Of a stretch of 64,000 bases of DNA, positions 55,612 through 64,000 are shown piece after piece. Position numbers and translations under genes: made by a program. Positions within the stretch are counted from its first letter, which is position 1. Each line of letters begins with the position of its first letter. The notes under the pieces are model-generated. The model was not told the DNA's origin. It ran no database searches and saw only the letters and a program-made list of their open reading frames with translations. Source of the DNA: a virus; IMG/VR virus record IMGVR_UViG_3300035228_001078; one strand, written 5' to 3'.

Positions 55612-56302
55612 GGTAAGCCTTAAAGATACTAACAGTTTTTGAGTTGTACATAAAGTAGTACAGATCTAAATCACTCTCTGTTAAGTTTGGGAAGGGCAAA
55701 TCAAATTTATTTTTTAGTTCATTATAGATCAAAAGTTTGCTTACATATTGACCAATTTTTTGACTTCTTTGATATGACATTCCACCAACAGCAGTCTCAA
55801 GAGTCCACATCCATAACTTTTGACACTCAATGTTTTTTACAATAGAGTTTGCATCGACAAACAAAGATGTTGGTGTACTAGCTTGTTCTTCATAGTGGTC
55901 TAGTAAGAGAGTGTCGCACTTACCTTTGTATTCATTAGCGTCACAATGAATGACCTCTACATCATCAAACAGTTCTGGATTTATGAACTTGTGATAGTCA
56001 ATAATCTCTTGGTTTTTTTCTACAACTGTTACCTTAGTAACACCTGGTTTATTTAAAATCCAATTTTCTCTGACACCTAACCCAAGTCCAGTGCAAATAC
56101 AATGTCCTTCAGCCTGATCCCAATGAGAATATAGTTCATATGCTTGGTCATGATCTTCAGTGCGGTAAGACATCCACTCCTCACCATTAACACTTAACTT
56201 ATAAGCTTTAGGTTCCTGATCCCAAATCACTTCACAAGTATCTGTTTTATATAATTTAAGATTGGGTGGAGTATATCCCAAAGATGACAACAGTCTAAGC
56301 AT
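55577..56302 (-). CDS. Class I SAM-binding methyltransferase (spermidine-synthase-like)
   Basis: WMS, TGLGLG, VTVVE, DA, LLLD. Confidence 0.6.
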   Translation of the reverse strand: MLRLLSSLGYTPPNLKLYKTDTCEVIWDQEPKAYKLSVNGEEWMSYRTEDHDQAYELYSHWDQAEGHCICTGLGLGVRENWILNKPGVTKVTVVEKNQEIIDYHKFINPELFDDVEVIHCDANEYKGKCDTLLLDHYEEQASTPTSLFVDANSIVKNIECQKLWMWTLETAVGGMSYQRSQKIGQYVSKLLIYNELKNKFDLPFPNLTESDLDLYYFMYNSKTVSIFKAYHENGIEYSRKK

Positions 56303-57116
56303 AATTCATCAAAACCAATTCCTTTCTATCTTGCTGTTCTCTCATATATTCACCAACAGATCTCATGGTGTATGTGTGTTGGAATTCAGAAGCATTCCAA
56401 TCTTTAAAGCGATCACAAACAAGTTGAGATGAGTTATAAGAAACTAACTGATCACACTCATATTTTTGACAGTCAGCAGCAAACCTATCATGATCAAATC
56501 CTTTATGCATATCTCCACTCTTACCGTAGAGATTTGCTTTGATATCGTATGGTGGATCTAAGTAGATTAATGTATTCTGATCGTTAGTCAGTAGTGTTTC
56601 ATAATCAGACTTTGTGATTTTCCACTTCTTAATGATATCTTGAAATCCAGTAATTCTGTCAATGCCACGCATTGAGAAGTTACTTTCTGATGCTTGCTTA
56701 CTAAAAGAAGACGACTCAGTGAGACCTGAGAAAGAGCACTTATTAATGACATAGAACGATACAGCTCTATGAAAATTGTTATCACTTGTTGCCAGGTAGT
56801 CCTTAGACTCTAGGAACAACTCTTTTGCACTTGATGGTTCTGGATGTCTATTCTTTAATTGTACAAGTTCGTCTCTCAGTCTTGTACCATCGGTTTGAAT
56901 ATGCTGCCAGAAATTAACAAGAGGTTCATAAAGGTCACTGACCCAAACAGAAGTATCTGGATATCTCTTTGTCCACTCAATAGCAAAAGAACCTCCACCA
57001 AGGAAGGGTTCTCTAAACTCGGTATATGTTTTATCTTTGCAAATATAGGCAAACAACTTTTGGACAGCACGAGACTTACCGCCAGGATATCTTAGAGGAG
57101 TTTTATATGCTTTCAT
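56295..57116 (-). CDS. dam: DNA adenine methyltransferase (D12 class)
   Basis: RYPGGK, EPFLGGGS, YLDPPY. Confidence 0.93.
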   Translation of the reverse strand: MKAYKTPLRYPGGKSRAVQKLFAYICKDKTYTEFREPFLGGGSFAIEWTKRYPDTSVWVSDLYEPLVNFWQHIQTDGTRLRDELVQLKNRHPEPSSAKELFLESKDYLATSDNNFHRAVSFYVINKCSFSGLTESSSFSKQASESNFSMRGIDRITGFQDIIKKWKITKSDYETLLTNDQNTLIYLDPPYDIKANLYGKSGDMHKGFDHDRFAADCQKYECDQLVSYNSSQLVCDRFKDWNASEFQHTYTMRSVGEYMREQQDRKELVLMNYA

Positions 57117-58057
57117 TTAAAGTTACACTCCACCATAATTTCTGTGAGAGCTGCTAACAAATTTATTTCTTGATCCGCGACGAAGGCAATCTGATACTGA
57201 TACTTAGCAATAATGAGCACAGCAGCAGCAATAGAAGGACCTTCCAAGGATGCAAAAAGAGCATCGTAAACACGCCGCAAAAGTACACTAGGATCATTGT
57301 CCAGATTATTAACGACCCATTTACGGGTAGCTTGAAAATCTTTCTCCTTAAGTTTCTTAATAAGATCATGTACTTTTACATCTCCAAATTCAGCAAGAAT
57401 TGCTGAATCAATTTTACCACCAACAGCATATCTCTGACACTCATTTAATACACGACGCCAATCAGGGAAGTGCTTGTTAATTAATTCTACCAGGACCTTG
57501 TTATCATATTCAATACCTTCTGCATCCAAGATTTCTTGGAGTCTGGCAAAGAATCCTGCGGCAATTGCTGGTTTTTGTTTCCCTCCGATTCCAAACTCGA
57601 CGACTGCACAACGAGAGTGAAGGGGTTCAATGATTTTGTTTTTGAAGTTGCAGGTAAAGATGAATCTGCAATTACCATAAAATGTCTCAATGTTTGCCCT
57701 AAGGAGGAGCTGTACATCATGGGTTGTGTTATCAGCTTCGTCAATGATGATGACTTTGTGGTTAGCATCTGATGAAAGCGAAACGGTCGAAGCAAAGTTC
57801 TTTGCTTGATTCCGCACCGTGTCAAGAAATCTTCCTTCATCCGAACCATTTATGATTATATAGTCACAGTTTAGTTGTTCACAAAGAGCCCGTGCTACAG
57901 TAGTTTTACCGCAACCTGCAGGACCTGTCAATAAAAGATTGGGAATCTCACCTTGCTTTAGGAAGTCATTGAATGTCTTCTTAGTAGAGTCAGGGAGAAT
58001 ACAATCATCAATCTTTTTGGGGCGATACTTTTCTACCCACAAAAATGCACTACGCAT
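57113..58057 (-). CDS. gp44: Clamp loader large subunit (T4 gp44)
   Basis: WVEKYRP, GPAGCGKT, DEAD, SRC. Confidence 0.96.
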   Translation of the reverse strand: MRSAFLWVEKYRPKKIDDCILPDSTKKTFNDFLKQGEIPNLLLTGPAGCGKTTVARALCEQLNCDYIIINGSDEGRFLDTVRNQAKNFASTVSLSSDANHKVIIIDEADNTTHDVQLLLRANIETFYGNCRFIFTCNFKNKIIEPLHSRCAVVEFGIGGKQKPAIAAGFFARLQEILDAEGIEYDNKVLVELINKHFPDWRRVLNECQRYAVGGKIDSAILAEFGDVKVHDLIKKLKEKDFQATRKWVVNNLDNDPSVLLRRVYDALFASLEGPSIAAAVLIIAKYQYQIAFVADQEINLLAALTEIMVECNFK

Positions 58058-58072
58058 AATAATAAAAATAAA

Positions 58073-58276
58073 TTATTCAAAAATAGGAAGGATGCGTTGT
58101 CTCATTTCTTTGAGTTGTTCTGGATCATTACCATACTCACCCATATTCATGTTAACACAATCAATATAGCGTAAATCGTTACGCTGTGCATCTAAAGTAA
58201 ATGAATCACAATACTCAAGAATTTCATATGGCACCTCAACTTGCCTGTCATAATCAATAGTCATAATCAATAACAA
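58073..58276 (-). CDS. Hypothetical protein
   Basis: ORF in operon. Confidence 0.55.
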   Translation of the reverse strand: MLLIMTIDYDRQVEVPYEILEYCDSFTLDAQRNDLRYIDCVNMNMGEYGNDPEQLKEMRQRILPIFE

Positions 58277-58409
58277 ATTTGTCTTTTAAGTGCCAGTGAA
58301 TGTCATCATGCACTTGCTGCATTGCGTTGTGTTTGATTGCCCAGTAATCATCATCATCGTTGATGAGGACAGTGACTTGGGTTTTCACATCAACTCTAAG
58401 TGCTTTCAT
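58254..58409 (-). CDS. 51-aa hypothetical protein
   Basis: Manual translation MKALRVDVKTQVTVLINDDDDYWAIKHN..; coupled to upstream stop. Confidence 0.55.
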   Translation of the reverse strand: MKALRVDVKTQVTVLINDDDDYWAIKHNAMQQVHDDIHWHLKDKFVIDYDY

Positions 58410-58921
58410 TACACCCACTCAGGTTTACGATCTGGGATACGAAGGTAATTATCACATACCCAAGGCTTAGAAGCAATATACATTTTATACGCATCGATAG
58501 TAGAAATACTATCGTCCCACTTATACTCTTCTGGCATTGCACGAACAAAGGGAGTATGATCACCCCATGATACATACGGAATAATTTCATCAGCAGCAAG
58601 GAGTGTCTTAAAGCAAGTATGGCATTTACCATATCGATTAAAATACTCTTCGCATAATGCAATGCCATGAGTAAGCAACCATCTAGCGTTTGATCTAGTC
58701 TCGTTTGCCCAGATAGTACAGGGATGGTTACGGAATGCTCCCTTGTCCGTAGCATAGGGATTACCGTCTTTCTTAGGCAGTGTGCCATAACCATGTCCCC
58801 ACTTGTCTGAGGCGACTATAGAGAGCATCTGGCAGGTCTCCAGGGGCATCTTGACGATGTGCTTGTCAGGCAGAACTTCTGCTGATTTCCATGGAGACTC
58901 GTCAGTGACAAAGATGTTCAT
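58409..58921 (-). CDS. Pyrimidine-dimer DNA glycosylase (DenV-like) family protein
   Basis: MNIF..DKHIVKMPLE..QML..NHPC..W..EEY..RYGK.H. Confidence 0.75.
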   Translation of the reverse strand: MNIFVTDESPWKSAEVLPDKHIVKMPLETCQMLSIVASDKWGHGYGTLPKKDGNPYATDKGAFRNHPCTIWANETRSNARWLLTHGIALCEEYFNRYGKCHTCFKTLLAADEIIPYVSWGDHTPFVRAMPEEYKWDDSISTIDAYKMYIASKPWVCDNYLRIPDRKPEWV

Positions 58922-58968
58922 GATCTGATGATTCTTTCTTCTATACTACCACGGGGAAGTGACGCCTA

Positions 58969-59646
58969 TCAACCGTCGTAGGTTGAATCTGGTTCGAGTG
59001 CGATGTAATAGTCAAGGTTGTAACTATGGTTGGTGAACTTAGAAAGAAGTTTCTTTGAGATCACAACATCATAAGATCCAGGGATCAGTTTGATGTTCTC
59101 GATCTTAAAGTTGAACTCAAAGCTCTTATCAGTTTGTCCAACGATCAAAGAGAACTCGTTAGAGTTATCGTTCTTCTTATCACGGACGGAGAGAACAATC
59201 TGCTCACGATTGCCAATGGCAGCAAGGTCAGGCAACTGATAGATCGAAGATGCTTTCAGAAGTTTCTGAAGTTGAGAACTATCAAGTTGGAAGCATACCT
59301 CTTCGGTAGGAAGAGTAATACCTTTATCAGGAGGAGTTACGATAACTTCTGGATCTGCAAAAGCAAACTTAACTTTAGTAGTCTGTCCTTCACGAATGAC
59401 CATGTAAGAATCATTCTTAAGATCAATGTCAGGATCATTCATCATCCCAACGCCATTGAGGAACTGTGGCAGGTCATAGATGCCAAAGTCTTTCTCAAAG
59501 TTTTCGTCAATACTAGCTTCTGCAAGGATGTTCTTCATCACAGAAATAGTACGAAGTTTAGTTCCCTTCTTGACCAGAATCGACTGATTAATAGAAGAAA
59601 AGTTTTCAAGCAAGTCGATTGTTTTATCAGAAAGTTTCATATCCAC
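58969..59646 (-). CDS. gp45: Sliding clamp (T4 gp45)
   Basis: MKLS..T..LL.NF..IN, FGIYDL..FL, YIALE. Confidence 0.93.
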   Translation of the reverse strand: MDMKLSDKTIDLLENFSSINQSILVKKGTKLRTISVMKNILAEASIDENFEKDFGIYDLPQFLNGVGMMNDPDIDLKNDSYMVIREGQTTKVKFAFADPEVIVTPPDKGITLPTEEVCFQLDSSQLQKLLKASSIYQLPDLAAIGNREQIVLSVRDKKNDNSNEFSLIVGQTDKSFEFNFKIENIKLIPGSYDVVISKKLLSKFTNHSYNLDYYIALEPDSTYDG

Positions 59647-60106
59647 GCTCGATAGTCTCCTGGTCTAAGCCATAAAAGTGATAAAGAAGAACAGCATAAT
59701 GAATGATCTTCTTGATGTCCATTGTAGCAGATCCCTTCTTGTTATAACGGGATGCATACTTAAGAATGTTGCCACGACAGAACGCAGCACCGTCTCCACA
59801 GGATTCAATCAGATCAAGTGTCTGAATGCCGTTGGAAGCATTGTAATGGGCACGATAGGTGCCACTGATGTATTCCTTTACCTCTTCAAGGATTTTGTCT
59901 TCATTGTATTTAAACACAGTTCTACCCTTTTTCAAGTCTTTAACATTTTCAGTTTTTTGTTTTGGCCAGACAAATCCGTCTGCAGTAATTTCAACATTGC
60001 CAGTGGGAGGTTCAGGCGTATATTCAAAACCTCCGTTCTGTTTTACCCATTCCAATTCGTCTTCAGGTCCGTACATTTCCTCGTATAATAGAGCCCATGC
60101 GTTCAT
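59627..60106 (-). CDS. DUF3310-like (T7 gp1.7-like) protein
   Basis: HY..GNILKYASRY.KKG..D..K..HY. Confidence 0.7.
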   Translation of the reverse strand: MNAWALLYEEMYGPEDELEWVKQNGGFEYTPEPPTGNVEITADGFVWPKQKTENVKDLKKGRTVFKYNEDKILEEVKEYISGTYRAHYNASNGIQTLDLIESCGDGAAFCRGNILKYASRYNKKGSATMDIKKIIHYAVLLYHFYGLDQETIERGYETF

Positions 60107-61185
60107 TCTACCATCCCATCATTAGTTTGTCCAGAGAAATCGACATCGGCGTCAACTTTATCATAAAGATCCATGAAAGCTGCTTTGGTTTCATCATCAA
60201 AACGGTTTAAACATACTTGGATAGCTTTCTGCCTGTCCTTCCAGATAGAAAAAGCACGAACAATGTGGACTAAACGACGGGTAGAAATGACTTCATCCAC
60301 ACCACCATCATAGAAGGTCTTACGGATAATGTCTGCCCAGTCTACAAGACGACTAGTAAACTGATCGTCATCACAAAGTTTAGAAAGGATCTTTGTTTCT
60401 GTAGCAGGAGAGGGATAGGACTGCTCAAAGGTGACAGGGAAACGCTCAAGGAATGCTTCGTTGAGCACATTGGTGCCAATGAAACGACCATCATCAGAAC
60501 CCTTACCTTTGGTGTTAGCAGTGGCAACAACAGTGAAACCCTCAGCAGGAGCAACCCACTTGCCAATCTTCTTTAGGAAGACACCTTTACCTTCAAGGAT
60601 AGATTGAAGACACATGATCTTGTTAGATGCAAGGTCAATCTCATCTAGAAGAAGTACAGCTCCTCTCTCCAAAGCTTCGATGACAGGACCATTGTGCCAA
60701 ACAGTATCGCCATTGATAAGACGGAAACCGCCAATAAGATCATCTTCGTCTGTTTCGATGGTGATGTTGACACGAATCAACTCCCTACCCAATTGAGCAC
60801 ACGCTTGCTCAACTGAGAGTGTCTTACCGTTTCCAGAAAGACCAGTGATAAACGATGGATAGAATAGACGGGACTGAATAATTTTTTTAAGATCAGCGAA
60901 ATTGCCAAACTTGATGAAAGAATCATCTTTTTCTGGTATAAGATTTTGTTCGATAGCAGGTTGTGCAGCGGGAGCTTGATAGGTTTTCTCAAGTTGTTGA
61001 GTAACAGTCAGGTTCCACTTGCCAGTACCCTTCTTATATGGCAGAAGATATTTAGTGACAGTCTGATAGGTCACATCATGCTGAGCACAGTATGCTTTGA
61101 TGTCAGCAGAAGTGATTTTAGGTCCGTAGAGATCACGAAGATTGTCAAGGAGTGATTCAGGATTCACTTTAGCTTCAAAAGGCAT
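60103..61185 (-). CDS. cobS: CobS/MoxR-like AAA+ ATPase
   Basis: GLSGNGKT, LLLDEID, TANT, AFLERF. Confidence 0.88.
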   Translation of the reverse strand: MPFEAKVNPESLLDNLRDLYGPKITSADIKAYCAQHDVTYQTVTKYLLPYKKGTGKWNLTVTQQLEKTYQAPAAQPAIEQNLIPEKDDSFIKFGNFADLKKIIQSRLFYPSFITGLSGNGKTLSVEQACAQLGRELIRVNITIETDEDDLIGGFRLINGDTVWHNGPVIEALERGAVLLLDEIDLASNKIMCLQSILEGKGVFLKKIGKWVAPAEGFTVVATANTKGKGSDDGRFIGTNVLNEAFLERFPVTFEQSYPSPATETKILSKLCDDDQFTSRLVDWADIIRKTFYDGGVDEVISTRRLVHIVRAFSIWKDRQKAIQVCLNRFDDETKAAFMDLYDKVDADVDFSGQTNDGMVE

Positions 61186-61208
61186 TGGTTGTTCTTTGTT
61201 ATGTAGTC

Positions 61209-61264
61209 ATTATAGCGTCAAAACAAGGGTGCTAGACGCTGAGTGGACACTTTCTCAAGCGACC
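61209..61264 (-). promoter_or_regulatory. GTCCAC-N28-TATAAT promoter element
   Basis: AAAGTGTCCAC..TATAAT upstream of cobS. Confidence 0.65.
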
Positions 61265-63357
61265 AGTTCAATAAATTCAGAGAGAACACGCTTATTCATT
61301 TTCTTGCCAGACAAAGATTTCTTAAATGCATTCTTAATCTGAGATTTTGTAGCGTCTTCAGAGACTTGAAAGTCTACAGCATTTGCCAAAGCAGTTGATG
61401 CGATAACAAAATAACTTTCATATCCCATGTTCTTGATAGTAAAGGTTCTATCCCTTTTCCACTTGGAACGAGCTTTCTCACGCTCATCATAATTATTAAT
61501 GTAAGATGCGAGCATACCAGACAGACCACCATCAAGAATACGGAACCCAATAAAATTACAATCTGGAATTGTAGATTTTAGATCGTCTAGCAGGATCTTA
61601 GTAAAGTCATGCCAAACCTCACTGAGACGAATAATGTTTCCAGTTTTTTGATTACGAAGGAAAGAGTTCCAAGTAATCCGACGACAACGGAGATCAGGTT
61701 CCGCTTCCCACGACCGATGTACCATTGCAATTCTAGAGCAAGGATTTGCTTCTCCATCTGTGAGAACAACGCAATTTACTTTCTCAACACCATTCCTTTT
61801 CTTAAAGTCAGGAATAATTTTATGAAGAGTCATGATTGCCTCGTTAAGAGGTGTTCCTGACAAACCTAACTTAGGAGGAACTCCACCATACATGTGCCTC
61901 TGAGAATAAGCAACACGCCAAATAGTCTTCAGCTGTTCCTCAGAAACACGATTGTTGACACTACTAGTCAACAGATTCATCATACAGAACTCATCCCTAA
62001 TGTAGAGAGTGTTCTCTTCTTTAGGTTTAATCTGGTTGTACTGAAAGGTTGGTTGATCGCGATACAAATACTCTTCAGTAAATGCATACACATCATATGG
62101 GATATTTGTCTTACGGCAGAACCAAATCAAGCTATAAAGTTGCTTGATTGTGCTCAACATAACATTGCCCATAGACCCAGACCAGTCAAGAACAAACACG
62201 AGTCCGTGATTCTTTCCGTCAGGAACTACAGTAACTTTCTTGAACAGATCTTCATTGTATTTGTATGTGTGAAGCTTGGACATGTCAAGAACACCAGTGC
62301 GAGATGTTGTTGCACGGGCATAGTTTGATGCAGATTTTTTACACTCAAACTCTTTTACCAGATAGCTGACTTCTTTTTGAGTGTCTTTTTTAAACTTAAT
62401 AAAAGCATCATCAGCGTAACTCCAGAACTCATCAATCTCCTCAAACTTACTCCAATAGTTATTAACATACTCATGAATCCCTTTATTGTCTGCAACAATC
62501 TGATCCATGTTCATCCGAGGAAGAGTCAAGTAGATAGGAACTGAATTCTCATCAGTATTGACCATGGACTGTAGATTGGATTCAAAACTTTTTACAGTAT
62601 CTACCTCGTCATCAGAGTAGTTATTCTCCTGTTCATAACTAGGAATATCTAGTTGTGCAGGGTCTTTAGGATCACTATCAAGTTGTTCCCAATCACCATC
62701 ATCATCTGTAGATTCTTGCTGCTCATTATCTTTCTCATCTACAGTCTCCTGGTTACCCGGTCCAGTAGTTTGTGGAGGGATAGGGGCAGAGACCTGTTGA
62801 GGTTCACTAGAACGCTTCAGAAAACTGCTGAGAGCTTTAGCAGCATCCAGTGCATCATCGAAGGTCTCTGCTCCTGCAACTAGATCTACGATCTCCATTT
62901 CTTCTGGAGTAAATTTAATACTCAGATAAGAACCAATCTTAAAATACAAGTTGATACGATCAGGAAAAGAATACTCATTAGGATCCTCTTCACCAATTTC
63001 AAAAAAGTCTTTATCGTTGAGTGTGTTGTATCCACGATAGAAAGTCTTGTTAAGACCACCATACCGACGCTTCATCAGTTTTTCAATTCGAGCGTCTTCA
63101 GTGATGTTCACAAAACTTTTTGGGACATCTGACCATCTCGAATCTTTGTTCCATTCGCGGTCGTCTGTGTATAAAGCGTGTCCAACTTCGTGAGCTACCA
63201 GCAGATCATAGACATCTTCGGAGTTAGTGTTCCAGATGGGGAGGGTCAGTACCCTGCGAACCACATCAAACTGTGCTGTCTCCACATTGCGGTGTTCTAC
63301 GATTAAGTTCTCGGTAGCGAGAAGTTTAGCAAGCTTTCCTTTGATTTCTTGAAGCAT
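61255..63357 (-). CDS. Metallopeptidase-vWA protein (CobT-like partner)
   Basis: HEVGH..EDARIE; MIDAS DWSGS..TP..TDG. Confidence 0.85.
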   Translation of the reverse strand: MLQEIKGKLAKLLATENLIVEHRNVETAQFDVVRRVLTLPIWNTNSEDVYDLLVAHEVGHALYTDDREWNKDSRWSDVPKSFVNITEDARIEKLMKRRYGGLNKTFYRGYNTLNDKDFFEIGEEDPNEYSFPDRINLYFKIGSYLSIKFTPEEMEIVDLVAGAETFDDALDAAKALSSFLKRSSEPQQVSAPIPPQTTGPGNQETVDEKDNEQQESTDDDGDWEQLDSDPKDPAQLDIPSYEQENNYSDDEVDTVKSFESNLQSMVNTDENSVPIYLTLPRMNMDQIVADNKGIHEYVNNYWSKFEEIDEFWSYADDAFIKFKKDTQKEVSYLVKEFECKKSASNYARATTSRTGVLDMSKLHTYKYNEDLFKKVTVVPDGKNHGLVFVLDWSGSMGNVMLSTIKQLYSLIWFCRKTNIPYDVYAFTEEYLYRDQPTFQYNQIKPKEENTLYIRDEFCMMNLLTSSVNNRVSEEQLKTIWRVAYSQRHMYGGVPPKLGLSGTPLNEAIMTLHKIIPDFKKRNGVEKVNCVVLTDGEANPCSRIAMVHRSWEAEPDLRCRRITWNSFLRNQKTGNIIRLSEVWHDFTKILLDDLKSTIPDCNFIGFRILDGGLSGMLASYINNYDEREKARSKWKRDRTFTIKNMGYESYFVIASTALANAVDFQVSEDATKSQIKNAFKKSLSGKKMNKRVLSEFIELVA

Positions 63358-63379
63358 CAGTAGTTTGCTGTATGTGCAT

Positions 63380-63435
63380 ATTATAAAACCCCCGATGGTG
63401 ATCGAGGGTCTAGTGTGGACACTTTATAAACTGTC
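63380..63435 (-). promoter_or_regulatory. Palindrome plus GTCCAC-N29-TATAAT promoter element
   Basis: GACAGTTTATAAAGTGTCCAC..TATAAT. Confidence 0.7.
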
Positions 63436-63437
63436 TA

Positions 63438-64000
63438 CTATCCACTAACAGAAGTTTTTTCACTCATGTAAGAGAATCCAGCTTTCTTATTAAACTCTAT
63501 TACATGGTTAAACTTGTCAAGCATGTCGCTCTTGTGGGAAATAACAAAAGTATTTGAATCTTTGATTACAAATCTAATAATCTTACCAAACTCTTCAGTA
63601 CCCACAGTATCTAAAGAACTATCAAACACTTCATCCAAGATAAGCAGATTTGTATTTGCCGAGTTCTTAAACCTAGCAACTTCTCTCCAAGCGAAGAGAA
63701 GAGCTAAGTCGATTCTCATTTTTTCTCCTTCCGAAAACGACGAGTACGAGAACTTATCTTGAATCGGATTTTTAACAGTCTCCACAAATTCTTCATCGAG
63801 TTGCAGGTTGATGTAAAAGTCCATCATCTGCAGGTATCGATTAACTTGCTGATTAATAAAAGGTAAGTATTTTTTAATAATCTTTGTCTTAACGCCTCCG
63901 TCTTTCAGGAGAGAGTATGCAAAGTCTCTGTATTTTACTTCCTCTTTTTTATCTGCTAGTTGTTCAAAGATTTTTTGAAGATCTTCCCTAAACCCTTCTA
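63438..64000 (-). CDS. gp46: Recombination endonuclease ATPase subunit (T4 gp46), C-terminal part
   Basis: FSEGEKMRIDLA signature, LILDE, ISH. Confidence 0.93.
   Translation of the reverse strand, partial: EGFREDLQKIFEQLADKKEEVKYRDFAYSLLKDGGVKTKIIKKYLPFINQQVNRYLQMMDFYINLQLDEEFVETVKNPIQDKFSYSSFSEGEKMRIDLALLFAWREVARFKNSANTNLLILDEVFDSSLDTVGTEEFGKIIRFVIKDSNTFVISHKSDMLDKFNHVIEFNKKAGFSYMSEKTSVSG

Noticed and set aside
58248-58272. Tandem GTCATAATCAATA duplication at a gene junction
   Set aside because: Two short copies; probably just created the gene overlap
58396-58794. 132-aa alternative-frame ORF
   Set aside because: Nested in the glycosylase-like gene, with no motifs
68-63762. All plus-strand ORFs in the track (e.g. 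38018-38533, 59134-59655)
   Set aside because: Antisense shadows of well-supported minus-strand genes, with no recognisable motifs
1-64000. CRISPR array, integrase, IS or reverse transcriptase/DGR
   Set aside because: No spaced repeats or such genes seen by eye

Overview
64 kb from a T4-like marine cyanomyovirus (Synechococcus/Prochlorococcus phage). Essentially all real genes are on the minus strand. In transcription order (right to left): (i) T4 replication core: gp46 (partial), CobT-like peptidase/vWA, CobS-like AAA+, gp45, gp44, dam, gp62, regA, hsp20, gp43, uvsX, gp41, mazG; (ii) a late-promoter block of likely head/internal proteins, including a nucleotidyltransferase with a T4-like capsid-targeting N-terminus; (iii) gp61, nrdA, nrdB; (iv) five 2OG-Fe(II) oxygenases interleaved with tRNA-Arg/Thr/Val; (v) an 11-gene glycan island (gmd, sugar C-methyltransferase, fcl, GT11, GT6, FkbM-like MTase, five more GTs); (vi) a photosynthesis/stress block (outer-membrane beta-barrel, 2 hli, peroxiredoxin, flavin halogenase, psbA, psbD, DoxX); (vii) tail/fibre genes followed by an oxygenase-oxygenase-GT9-carbamoyltransferase cassette that runs off the left edge. 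Most interesting: the tail-linked modification cassette, a branched-sugar plus ABO-like glycan pathway, host RpaB (HLR1)-type boxes at hli/psbD/psbA, tRNA-bracketed oxygenases, a possibly packaged nucleotidyltransferase, and structured RNAs around hsp20. All calls come from motif recognition by eye; no searches were run.
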